Below, one piece after another: positions 43,523 through 56,664 of a stretch of DNA of 64,000 nucleotides. The notes beneath the pieces were generated by a model that saw only the letters and a program-made list of their open reading frames with translations, was not told the DNA's origin and did no database searches. How positions within the stretch are numbered: position 1 is the first letter of the stretch; each line of letters begins with the position of its first letter. The DNA lies in NCBI GenBank assembly GCA_964016885.1, contig CAXHJY010001246.1, forward strand, positions 21,283-85,282, in the 5' to 3' direction. A program made the position numbers and the translations under genes. This DNA is from Eledone cirrhosa. Lineage: Eukaryota.

Positions 43523-43989
43523 GCATATCGAGTGAGTTAATCGGCCGGGCGCACCGAAAACGATAAATGGAAAAAATGAAACGAAATTTCATTTCTCACT
43601 CACTCTTAGTACGGCTGTTACTTAAATATAAGTATGTACACGTACATACATATATGTATACAGACGTACAGTAGTATGTATATATATACATACATGCACA
43701 CATATATATATGCCCGTATGGATTTACCGAACATTTATTATAATGCTCGGTTTGTTTGTAAACAAACATCCCGAATTAAGCCGTACAGTGTTTATCAACC
43801 ATCGTTGCCTTTTTGTTCAACACTGGCAAAGGAACGATGTACTAGTTTCAAGCTTATTAGCTATCGTCAGCACCGTATACCTTCCTGCCAGATGATTGAA
43901 CGTCTGAAAGTATATACTTTCCTTATGCATATTAACGGCTGAGCAGTCTAATTTGCATATCGAGTGAGTTAATCGGTCGGACGCACCGA
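43520..43989. repeat. Circularly permuted (about 431-bp period) copy of the 10972-11282 repeat
   Basis: ttgcatatcgagtgagttaatcgg occurs at 43521 and about 43953. Confidence 0.85.
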
Positions 43990-44644
43990 CACACATATAT
44001 TATATATACGTATATACACACATATAAATGCAAACACACGTATGTTCGTGTAAATGTCTGTATCAATGTTTGTATAGACGTATGTTTGTTTGTATGCATG
44101 TATACATGTATATATATAAATGTATATATATATGTGTATATGTATGTATACTTGTATATATATATGTATGTGTATATATATGTATATATATATATGTATG
44201 TGTGTATGTATGTATACATGTATATATATATATGTATGTATGTGTGTATGTGTGTAGGTATGCATGCATGTATGTATGTGTGTGAATGTGCGTATGTATC
44301 TATGTATGTTAAAATGTATGTATGTGTGCATGTATGTATGCATTTATGCATAGGTGTATGTGTTTATGCATGTATGCACGTATTTGTGTATGTACTGTAT
44401 GTATGTGTGAATGAGTGTCTGTCTTTGAATGTTTGTAAGTATGTATATATGTATGTATATATGTAGGTATATATGTATCTATGTAAGTATGTATGTACAC
44501 AACTATGTATGCATGTATGTATGCATTTATCTATGTATGTATGTTTGTATGTATGTATCTATGTGCGTATAAATATATGTAACTATTTACACACATACTT
44601 ATGTATGCATATAAGTATGTAAGTATATATAAATATATATATAT

Positions 44645-46406
44645 ATATTTATTAAAATAACAGATTAAAGTTTAAGCAAAGAATCGCTGCTTTCACCCTT
44701 AACGGGATCTTCTGAAACTGACAAAGTCAATCTGTAAACGCAGAAGTGAATATTTCAAAAAACGTTGCAACCGGAGGAAGACAGGAAGACTTACTTTGGT
44801 TCGTGGAAACGTACCCTGGCAAAGAACGGGAAAAAACGAATATAATACGTCATTATTTGGAGCGGTGAAAAACAATTACACGCAAAGACAGAACCACGTT
44901 TAACCTTGCACATAACATCTCAGCTTCAAATTTAGCTAAACTACCTAGCCGTAGGAACACGTGCAATCCTGTAGTTAGTACTAACTGTAATTGTAGGAAT
45001 CGGGTTGATTGCCCCCTATTCGGGAATTGCCTCTCTAGTAACATTGTCTACAAATGTAAGGTTGAAACACCCACGTCCCGTAGAGCCTACATAGGGTTAA
45101 CCGCCAATAGATTCAAGCAGCGTCTTTACATGCATATCCATTCTTTTCGTTACCCTCTAAGAAGGAATATGACGTCACTTTCAGCTTATATCTGGAGTCT
45201 AAAAGACAACCACATCCAATATAAGTTACACTGGGAGATCCTAGCTAGGGCTAGATCGTATAACGGAAATAAAAGACCATGTGACCTCTGCGCCGCTGAG
45301 GCCCTGGAAATACTCTACGCCACAGACCACATCTTAAACAAAAAATATGAGGCAATTTCGGCTTGTAAACATAAATTGCACAAAACTTTGCTGTATTACA
45401 GCCCCACATTATATCCTAACGGATAGTACGATCTATATGCGGATATTTTACGTCTTGATGTGGTAGTTAAGTATATATTTTGTTTATACCATTACTTATT
45501 TGCATAGGTAAGTATATATTACCTGTATGTTTTGTGAAGGTACGTATACTTTCTCGTACGTATATTTGATTGTTTATGTTATGGCGTATATTTTATATAT
45601 TCTGGTACATATGCTTTTGGTTATGTGTATACGTGAGTTTTGCGTCTGTGTGAGTATGCGGATTCGTACGTATGTAGGGTGCGTGTATATGTGTACTTCG
45701 CGTTTTGGTTGACGTACGTCTCCGAACATTTGTGTATTTACATGTAGGTATGTGTGTGCGCTTATTATATACGTATTTATTTATTTATATACGTTTATTT
45801 AATTATTTGTATACACGCACACACATATATGTGCGTGTATTTGTATACCTATGGCGAGTGTTTTCGTGTATGCTTGTGTATGTACGTATTTGGATGCGTG
45901 TATGTATTTATTTAATTTCAATTACCTCCGTATTTTATTTACTTTTTTCTTAACCCTGAAGCGGAGAATCATTCGGTTTCCTAGTTAGAATTTTTGTCTA
46001 CGACTTCAGTTATACCATTTACGTGGTTTTGTCTTTGTTCTCCACGATCCACTTATGACGTATTATCTTCGTTTTTCCGTTCATTGCCAGACAACGTCTC
46101 TATGAACCACCTAAGAGAACATTAGCCTACGACTTCTTTTATACCATAAACATGGTTTTGTCTTTGCGTGTAATTGTTTCTCATCTCTCCAAATAATGAC
46201 GTATTATATTCGTTTTTTCCCGTTCTTTGCCAGGGAACGTTTCTACGAACCAAAGTATCGTCTTCCTGTCTTCCTCCGGTTGCAACGTTTTTTGAAATAT
46301 TCACTTCTGCGTTTACAGATTGACTTTGTCAGTTTCAGAAGATCCCGTTAAGTGTGAAAGCAGCGATTCTTTGCTTAAACTTTAAGCTGTTATTTTAATA
46401 AATATT
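44645..46406 (+). mobile_element. 5'-truncated Penelope-like element: GIY-YIG endonuclease plus pLTR, with inverted pLTR at the 5' end
   Basis: About 44985-45426 translates CNCRNRVDCPLFGNCLSSNIVYKCKVETPTSRRAYIGLTANRFKQRLYMHIHSF..TSLSAYIWSLK..WEIL..CDLCAAE..ILNKKYE..CKHK. 44645-44902 is the reverse complement of 46146-46406. TA tracts flank both ends. Confidence 0.92.
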
Positions 46407-46491
46407 TGCTCTACGGTTCTTATATATTTGATATATATTTATCCTTATCGAGCGCTCTTTGGATTTTAGTCTTCAAATTTATTATTATTAC

Positions 46492-46564
<73 letters not shown>

Positions 46565-47022
46565 ACAGTTCAAGAGTAACCAATCTTAAAGAGAGAGATG
46601 GAGATAGGAGAGGAGAGATTGGTGAATTAGTTAGAAGCCAAAGCTTGGTCTTGTTTTGCTTAACTAATATATATATATATATATATATACATAAATATGT
46701 GTGTGTGCGTGTGTGTGTGTGTTTGTGTTCGTGTGTATGTGTGTATATGAGTGTACACCTACTTTCTTATGTATATATGCATGTATGTCACCTAATATTA
46801 GCGTCTATGTGAAGAATTGAATACCTGGTCGTGTTGAAATTGGAAACTTCGTCAAACGCTGACACAATTTGCAAAGTACATTTTTACATTCGAATGTTTT
46901 CCTAAAATATATTTTTATTTTCGGATCTGATATTATTTATTCATAGCCTAAACCTGTTGGGAGACAACAAAAAAATAATATAGATAAATATATTTATCTT
47001 GTTTTTTTTTGTTGGAAACGTG

Positions 47023-48502
<1,480 letters not shown>

Positions 48503-48532
48503 ACCTAACTGTACCAAGGATTACACACATTT

Positions 48533-48567
<35 letters not shown>

Positions 48568-48571
<4 letters not shown>

Positions 48572-48728
48572 AAAGTTCTATTTAAATTGTTAGGATACAA
48601 CAAGCAAATATTTTTATAACTGATATAAAGCACTCGACAAGTATTTGGAGTAAATATACGATATTAACAAATGGAAACTATATTTATAAAACCATATCTA
48701 TTTTATTATACATATTTCAAGGATACCA
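48568..48728 (-). mobile_element. PLE-type pLTR tail, same family as 32880-33070
   Basis: gcaaaagttctatttaaa...gcactcgacaag...ggaaactatatttataaaaccata...tacatatttcaaggatacca; truncated within HHR stem II. Confidence 0.8.
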
Positions 48729-48998
48729 TGTTAACACGAACTGGTGTGAAATGTTTAGTGCTTGTTCACGTGACATTCAACAACCAGCCACATTTTTAAT
48801 ACCTTCCAAGTCACTTTTTTCACATAAAACAGGAAGAATTTCCAAAACTGATCAGATTAGAGCAAAAATCACGAGCACTCTATCTCAAAATGATTTTTTG
48901 AAAAGCATAAGAAATGCGGAACTGGTAAAAACTTAAAACTAAAACTGAACTATTTTTTACTGGGAAAAAATTTGTCAGCATCTTCTTTTTCCTTTTTA

Positions 48999-49054
<56 letters not shown>

Positions 49055-49262
49055 CGTGTATATTATATATATGTCGTTTCCAATAACTATGTATATTTCT
49101 AACGAAACACGGTTTGTTTGTGTTTTTCATCTAAATCTCAATTTTATCTTAAACCAAATTATTGATGGCATTAGAAAAGAAGAAGAGAAAAATGTTTTTT
49201 CTGAAACCCCCCCCCCCAAAAATAAAATAAATGAACCATAAAATAAAGAAATAAAATTAAAA

Positions 49263-49483
49263 TAATCGTTTCTAAATACTGCCACAAGTGGCGGGAGGTA
49301 GAAGCGAAAGGGGGAGTTGATTATATCGATCGCTGTACGTGACTTGCTTTATTTTATCGATGTCGTGAGGATAAAAGGCAAAGTTGACTTCGATGGGATT
49401 TGAACTCAGAACCTAATGATGCACAACAAATACCACAAAGGCATGTTCATCCCACGCTCTACCGATTCTGCCAATCCACAGCC
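49263..49483 (-). mobile_element. SINE family A, diverged
   Basis: ggataaaaggcaaagttgacttcgatgggatttgaactcaga...ctaccgattctgccaatcc. Confidence 0.8.
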
Positions 49484-49567
49484 CTCTAAAATAATGGTTT
49501 CTGATTTAGACACAAGTGGTGGGGTGGGCTATGGTAGTTAATTAAATTGACTCCAGTTTATTACTGT

Positions 49568-49832
49568 GAAGGCACGTGGCCTAGTGGTAAGGGTGTTAGA
49601 CTTACAATCGTAATGTCATAGGTTCGATTCCTGGGCTGGATTGCGAATTGTGTTCTTGAGCGAAACACTCCAGAATACTCAGCTGAAAATGAGTACCAGT
49701 AATAGCTGCGGGTTTAACCCTGCGATGGGCTGGCATCCTGTCCTGGGGGATAGACTTGTACTCTCACTCGTTTCACGCCATGAAACCGGGATAAGCACTG
49801 GCTCAACGCGTTCCCTGCAACCCACGAGGGCA
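49568..49832 (+). mobile_element. SINE family B (tRNA head plus CORE-like domain)
   Basis: A box tggcctagtggtaagg, B box ggttcgattcc, ttgtgttcttgagcgaaacac, ctgaaaatgagtacc, ccctgcgatgggctggcatcctgtcctgggg, catgaaaccgggataag. Confidence 0.85.
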
Positions 49833-49849
49833 TACATGCATGCAGTGAT

Positions 49850-50262
49850 GCAGTACATTACTGGTACTTTATTTTATCGTAGGTAGAAGTCGATTAAATC
49901 GACACCAGTGTATTACTGGTACTTTATTTTATCAACTCCGTAGGGATGAAAGGCAAAGTTAAACTCGGCGGGATTTGAACTCAGACCGCAGCAGGCCATA
50001 ACTCTATGCTTCAAAGCATGGTGTCAGGCGCTCTACCGATACTGTCAATGGCTTCCGATTTAGGCGCAGGGCCAACACTTTTATTTTGGTGAGGGGAAAA
50101 TCGATTAAATCAACCCCAGTGCGTTACAGGTACTTTATTTCCATCGACACCGTAAGGATGAAAGGCAAAGCTAACCTCGGTGAGATTTTAACTCAGAGCG
50201 TAAAGAGCCATAACTCTATGCCACGAAGCGTAGTGTCCGACATTCTACCGATTCTGCCAATC
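49850..50262 (-). mobile_element. Two tandem SINE family A copies
   Basis: Family A core is seen at about 49905-50045 and 50100-50262. Confidence 0.85.
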
Positions 50263-50490
50263 AACAACAACAGCAACAACAACAACAACAACAACAACGA
50301 CAACGACAACAGCAACAGCAACAACAACAACAACAACAACAACAACGACATCAACGACTAATTTTTAGTCCCATAAAACCTGCTGCTATTTTTAGCAGCA
50401 CGAGTATGGAACGTGCTAGGCGCTGCGACACATGTGCGTTCAACAACACATTTATCTCAGTCTTCCTAAGTATTTTGAAGTGAAACTTAC

Positions 50491-50504
50491 CAATTTCTGG
50501 ATAC
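50491..50504 (-). other. Candidate 14-nt microexon of an unidentified host gene
   Basis: Minus strand: ttcctattcctgtgctcttctgcag|GTATCCAGAAATTG|gtaagt. Strong acceptor and consensus donor in a non-repetitive island. Confidence 0.4.
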
Positions 50505-50757
50505 CTGCAGAAGAGCACAGGAATAGGAACTTTCACTTAATTGTTGCGAAACAAATTTAAAATTTAAAATTTCAAATTTGTCCAGGGATCACGGTTATTG
50601 CCAATATAGGTTTGTTTTTATTGATTTATTATTTTAAATCGAGACAGGCAAACCGTATTACTTTAATTAGTATTTTTCAATCTAACTAACTTGGTCATTT
50701 GCAATGCAAACACATGTATACTTGTATCAGTGTTTATCCCTAACATATATTCATTTG

Positions 50758-50789
<32 letters not shown>

Positions 50790-51108
50790 TATATTAGTTT
50801 GGTGGGTCAACACTGGATAGAACTGGTCATTCCGTATAGTCAACCATGATGTAATATTAGGAAAAGCACTCGACGTTATGCAACTCATCCATCTTTGACG
50901 TTGAATCTTGTGGGTGGTGCGAGAACGGAGTTAATTATTATTGAGTAAAATGACAGAAGGCCGGTCTGGTGAAATTCCTTCAAAGATTTTTATTGCAACT
51001 GGCCCTCTTGATCGCCTTCCAGTCAAAAACATTTTTCTCTGTTTTTTTTTATAGCATTTTGGATTGTTTTTACCGTTATTCCTTTATTATATAACTATTA
51101 TGCAATAC

Positions 51109-51164
51109 ACACCTGATGATGTCACCAGGATTTTATGGAACTTGGCCTCTGAAATGTATAGTGT
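51109..51164 (+). ncRNA. Hammerhead-like motif, weak stem II
   Basis: acac-CTGATGA-...-GAAA-tgta-TA-gtgt, about 50 bp upstream of a (TA)n tract. Confidence 0.5.
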
Positions 51165-51208
51165 TTGCTATATCAAATCTTCGAAGAAATTTCACTAGTC
51201 ATTTTACT

Positions 51209-51310
<102 letters not shown>

Positions 51311-51314
51311 GTGT

Positions 51315-51359
<45 letters not shown>

Positions 51360-51644
51360 GTATGCGTGTGTATGTGTTTGTGTGTGTGCATGTCCACATT
51401 TCTACTTACGTTGGCTGTTTATTTATGTGACGTAGCTAGCGGTTCAACAACAAAATCCGATAAAATTTGTACCATAATTGAAAATTACCGTACAGGAAAC
51501 TGACATATTTGACTAACAAAGCCCCAGGCTAATTGTAGTTACTTGGACGTAATTCTCAGGGAGATTCGGTGTGTGAGTTTGAATTACTAGTATAGATTAA
51601 TTTACTGTTTTCCTCAGCTAACATTTCTGGCCTGGAGAACGCGA

Positions 51645-52225
51645 GATAAAAATTCTTTCGCTCAAACACACAAACATCTTTCGCTTAAAGACACAAAAAT
51701 CTTTTGCTTAAACATACAAAAATCTTTATCTTTCACATAAAGACAAACGATTTTTGCTTAAACATAAAAATCTTTCGCTGAAACGCAAAAATCTTTCACT
51801 CAAACACGCAAAACTCTTTCTCTTAAATACACAAACATCTTTCACTTAGACACAACAAATTATTTCACTTAAACACAAAAGTCTTTCGCTTAAACACAAA
51901 GTTCTTTCACTTAAACACAAAAATATTTCGCTTAAACACAGAAAACTCTTTCACATAAACACAAAAATCTTTCGCTTAAGCACACAAAAATGTTTCGCTT
52001 AAACGCAAAAATGTTTCACTTTAACACAAAAACCTTTCGGTTAAACACACAAAAACCTTTCGCTTTAACACACAAAACTCTTTCGCTTAAACACAAAAAT
52101 CTTTCGCTTAAACACAAAACTCTTTCGCTTAAACACAAAACTCTTTCGCTTAAACACAACGCAGCGATGGAATTCGAATTCAAGACCTTACCATCCATAG
52201 CTAAACACTTTAATCACCAAGCCAG
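51645..52225 (-). repeat. About 21-23-bp minisatellite (over 20 units) grown from a family B SINE
   Basis: Unit aaacacaaaaatctttcgctt. It joins directly to a minus-strand tRNA-like head at 52155-52225 (tggcttggtgattaaagtgtt...gaattcgaattcc..gcgttgtgtttaagcgaaag). Confidence 0.85.
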
Positions 52226-52845
52226 CAGACCACCCGACATCATGTAGATAAGCATGTACGTTTACTTAACAATTATATGTTTAATCAGCTTATGAAGTCA
52301 GCTTTCCGGGTTTCTTTTTTTAAACAGAAAACCTTGGAATTAAGCTACCAAAATCAATTTCTCTAGCAAGGTTTGATTCAATACTCAGGCCTGCTAAATC
52401 AACAATCACATTCGAGACGTGGTGGGCCTTTTATTATTGTTGTTGATGTTGTACTTCCTGCTGCTGTTGTTGCTACTGCTGCGGCTGTTGTTCTTATTCT
52501 TCTTGTTTTCTTTTACTTGTTGCTGTTTTTGTAGTAGTAGTAGTCGTAGTTGTTGTTGTAGTTACTGATGTTGTTGTTTCTGCTGTTGTAGTAGTAGTAG
52601 TAGTAGTAGTTGTAGTTGTTGTAGTAGTAGTTGCTGTTGTAGTAGTAGTAGTTGTTGTTGTCGCTGCTGTCGTTGTTGTTGTTGTTGTTCTACATTGTTT
52701 ATACAGTTACTACGATAGTTGCAATTGATATTCAATGAACTGGGGTGAAGTTAATCGAATTTCCCCTTCCCCAAAATGTCAGAAACCATTATTATATTCC
52801 CAGCAAGGGAGCTCTGAACGTTTATAATAAAAAAACCATTATATT

Positions 52846-53028
52846 TGGCAGTAATCGGTAGAGGGTCGGACGCCATGCTTTGCAGCAAAGAGTTACGGTC
52901 CTTTTCGGTCTGAGTTCAAATCCCACCGAGGTTAACTTTGCCTTTCATCCTTACGGGGTCGATAAAATAAAGTACCAGTAATGCACTGGGATATTTGCTG
53001 GCCTTGTGCCAAAAGTAGAAACAATTAT
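52846..53028 (+). mobile_element. SINE family A
   Basis: Near-full match to 8649-8850. Confidence 0.9.
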
Positions 53029-53125
53029 ATATAAACACGCAACTTACATTCACACAAACACACACATACACATACACATACCATACACAAGTTCAGTGAA
53101 TGTTAGACGCTGTTTTCTGTAGTTT

Positions 53126-53412
53126 GTCATCACCCCTTACTTCCTCAGCCATCTCTAGTGCATGACGTCATCACCCCTTCCTTCCTCAATCATCTCTAGT
53201 GTGTGACGTTATTACCTCTTCCTTCCTCAATTATCTGTGGTGTGTGACGTCATCATCCCTTCCTTCCTCAGTCATCTCTAGTGCATGACGTCATCACCCT
53301 TCCTTCCTCAGTCATCTCTAGTGCGTAACGTCATCACCCCTTCATTTCTCAGTCATCTCTAGTGCGTGACGTCATCATCCCTTCCTTCCTCAGTCATCTC
53401 TAGTGTGTGACG
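53126..53412. repeat. Minisatellite, 41-bp unit x 7, containing TGACGTCA
   Basis: Unit catcaccccttccttcctcagtcatctctagtgcgtgacgt. Confidence 0.95.
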
Positions 53413-53611
53413 GAAGGACGGATGGACGGAAGTGGCTCAAATATATATATATATATATATTTTCCAATCCACCACATCATAATCACCATCATCATCATCA
53501 TCAGCCGGCGGCCTCAGCCGAAATGGACTCAACAATTGACCTCCACGTGGGTCTGTCGTTCATTGCCAAGTCCTGGATTTCAATACCAGAATCTCTGGAG
53601 ATGACATCGAG

Positions 53612-53905
53612 ATAGGAGAGCTTACGACCCCTGTTATTAGTGACTGCTTGTGGTTTCCAAAGCACTAATAGGGAGACAGCCTCATAGGTGACACAATGGC
53701 AGTGGCCAGCAAATCGGGGTAGGAGAGCTTGCGCCCCCTGTTATTAGTGACTGCTTGTGGTTTCCAGGGAACACAGCCTCATAGGTGGCACGATAGCAGT
53801 GGCCAGCAAATCTTACACTCCTTTTACGTACGACAGATATGCGTGGGAGGCCGGCATATATTTCTTTCAAAGTCAGATGTCGCCAGCTAATGTTCTGAAT
53901 TACAG
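53612..53905 (-). mobile_element. RTE-like LINE fragment with internal duplication
   Basis: EIYAGLPRISVVRKRSVRFAGHCYRA, same region type as 14390-14960. taggagagctt..cccctgttattagtgactgcttgtggtttcca is duplicated. Confidence 0.7.
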
Positions 53906-54182
53906 GAAAAGTTGACTGGGCTGAGAGAATTCGAACAAATACTTAGGAAGCTCTCATGTCTCGGCCAGTTTATAGTATATTGTATGTATGGGGAGATCAA
54001 TGTTCCCGTAACTTCTGAGGAAGTCGTATAGGCGTTGTATTGACATACGGCATTTCTAGGGCATTTTTTTTAAAACCTGGCAGAGCACATCTCTCTCCAG
54101 GTCTGAATAATAGCAGATTCCTCACAGAGAAAGGTAGAAAGTAAGAGAATGGAAGTGAGAAATAAATATAGAGGGAGAATCT

Positions 54183-54336
54183 ACCCCAGTACTAGACTGG
54201 TACTTTTTTTTATCGACCTAGAATGGATGAAAGACAAAGGTGATTTTAGCGGGATTTGAACTCAGAGAGTAGAGAGACGAAACGAATGCCATAAAATCAT
54301 TCTATCTGACATTTTAACGACCCTACCAATTCGCCA
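54183..54336 (-). mobile_element. SINE family A, diverged
   Basis: ctggtacttttttttatcgacc...gggatttgaactcaga...ctaccaattcgcc. Confidence 0.75.
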
Positions 54337-54798
54337 TATTGTATGATTCCTATATTTTATGATAGCAGTAATTAAAAATAATATTCTAAAACTAATACAA
54401 ACATTTGAATAATATCTCACAAATGACTAAGCCGCTGCTTCCCTCCTCTCTCCCCATCATGTTGCTATGGACCATTCAGCGATTCGCTCTCGTTATCCTT
54501 CCACGATATTGCTTTCTCTATACACTGTGCTCTGATCAGATGGGGTGGAGAGGTACACCTGGGATTCTTCTGTACAGAGAGGACGAACGAATATAGATTG
54601 GTGGCAAAAAAACTCACATTGTTTTCTTGTGTTGTATCAGATGAAAGAATGGTATTTAACTAATGTATTGATACGCCATGGCGCCCCCCCCCCCTCAGGG
54701 ATGTACTTTCATCGACTGGTTCGTATAGTTTTCTTTAGCCATTATACACATACATGTATACATTCTCACAAAGTATGTGTTCAGTTTATATATTTAAT

Positions 54799-54945
54799 AG
54801 GCGCGTGGTTGAGTGGTTAGAGAATTGGATTCGCAATCGTGAGGTTGTGAGTTCGATTCCCGGACCTGGCGATACGTTATGTCCTTAAGCAAGACACTTA
54901 ATTTCACGTTGCTCCTTCTACCTGGAGTTGCGACTGATAGATAGT
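54799..54945 (+). mobile_element. SINE family B, 5' part
   Basis: ggcgcgtggttgagtggttagag...gagttcgattcccggac...tgtccttaagcaagacacttaatttcacgttgctcc. Confidence 0.85.
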
Positions 54946-54996
54946 ATTTGTAATGAAAACACTGTTTCCTCGGTCCGATTGACGAAAGTCGATCGA

Positions 54997-55306
54997 CTGT
55001 ATATATACTCAAATATAGGTTGTCCCCTAAAATGTATACACATTTCAACAGCATTCTAATAAATATTGCCTGTACAGGTAATCAAAATGTGTATACCTTT
55101 TGGGGGGACTCTCTGTATAAGCTGATATGAATATAAGCCGACCCCACTCTTCTAAACCTGAGACGTAGGCAAAAATGCAAACCTTATTTACATAGAATTC
55201 GAAGTTGGTGAAATCGTCAAAATATTGACCCCGAATATAAACCAACCCCTCTTCTACCAACGATTTTTTGTTACATATTCTCTGGCTTATATTTGAGTAT
55301 ATACGG
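54997..55306. mobile_element. Tc1/mariner-superfamily MITE containing a nested 100-bp MITE (55016-55115)
   Basis: Outer TIRs: ctgtatatatactcaaata[..]taagctg and ctggcttatatttgagtatatacgg-TA. Inner TIRs: aggttgtcccctaaaatgtatacacattt and aaatgtgtataccttttggggggactctctg, with TA on both sides. Confidence 0.75.
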
Positions 55307-55499
55307 TAATTGTAAAGGATTGGATTCAGTTCTAGGGGTATTTTGAATTTTCTTTTCTTTCAAAGTGGCTTTTACGCTCTAATCGTACATGTTAAATATA
55401 ATAGTTTTTATGTAGGGGTTCTCTGAGGCATGAAAACTATTTCAAGGGTTCCACAAGGGTAAAAAAAAAGGGCTGAGAAACGCTATTCTAACCAATCTG

Positions 55500-56468
55500 A
55501 CCACATGGGACACACGGACCACTCTGGCATGTGTGCCCGTCATAATCTAATAAAAAAAAAAATAGGGCTTTGTTTTTGTGTTTTTTGTTTTTTCTTCTGA
55601 AGTAGATCCCTTTTTATTTTTCGGGCCACTCTGGGCCACTTGGGCTACTTCAGTCACTCTGGCATGTTTGCCCTTCACAATCTAACCACAAACGCAGTGC
55701 TTTGTTTTTGTTTTTAGTTTTTTCTTCTGACTAAAGCCGTTTTAATGTTTCTCTCCCATCGTATGAGTCGGTTACTTAAGGTCGCGTTTTTTCCTGCCCA
55801 CTCCGTGCCACTCGGGGCGACTCTGGCAGGGGTGCCCTTCCTAATCTAACCACAAGACACATGGCTTGGTTTTGGCTTTTTTTTTTCTACTGACGTAGAC
55901 CACTTTTTATTTTTCTGTCTCATCGTATGAGTCGGTCATTTAAGGTCACGTGGACATCAACTGGGTCACAAGAGTTCACGCGGGGTCGCTCTGTGATGTG
56001 TGCCCTTTATTATTTAACCAGGGTTTTGTTTTTGTTTCTGGTCTTTTCTTCTGAAGTAGAGCTCTTCCTATTTTTCTCTCTTATTGAATGAGCCATTTAT
56101 TTAAGCTCAAACTTTCTTCTATTTTTCGGACCATTCGGGGCCACGGCACCACACTGGCACGTGTGCCCTTCATTATCTAACCAAAAAACACAGGGCTTTG
56201 CTTTTTTGTTTTTTTTTTCTTCTTCTGAAGTAGACAACTTTTTATTTTTCTGTCTCACAATATGAGTCGGTCATTTAAGGTCTCATTTTTTTTTTACGAG
56301 CCACTTGGAGCCACTCAGAGCCACACAGGGCTACTTTAACAGGTGTACCCTTCATAGTCTAACTCCAAAACAGAGGGCTTTGTTTCTTTTTCTGAAATAG
56401 ACCCCATAATTTTTCTGTCTCGTTGTATCATATGAGTTGGTCATTAAAGGTCACGTGGACACCAGCTG
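55500..56468. repeat. Degenerate tandem repeat, about 140-185-bp unit x about 6
   Basis: Recurring cactctggcatgtgtgcccttca.aatctaacc...ttcttctgaagtaga...tatgagtcggtcatttaagg. Confidence 0.88.
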
Positions 56469-56594
56469 TTCTATAACCATGCAATAATTGTTCCATTCAT
56501 ACAGAACAATTAGAGACATCCATTACCACTACTACTACTACTACTACCACTACTACTACTACTAATACTATCACTAATACTACCACTACTACTA

Positions 56595-56628
<34 letters not shown>

Positions 56629-56664
56629 CACTTCCATTGTCAATTTCACCATCACTACCACTAC

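Noticed and set aside
54799-54875. tRNA gene-like sequences (also 49568, 31108 and family A heads)
   Set aside because: They continue directly into SINE body sequence, lack a complete acceptor stem and occur as diverged dispersed copies.
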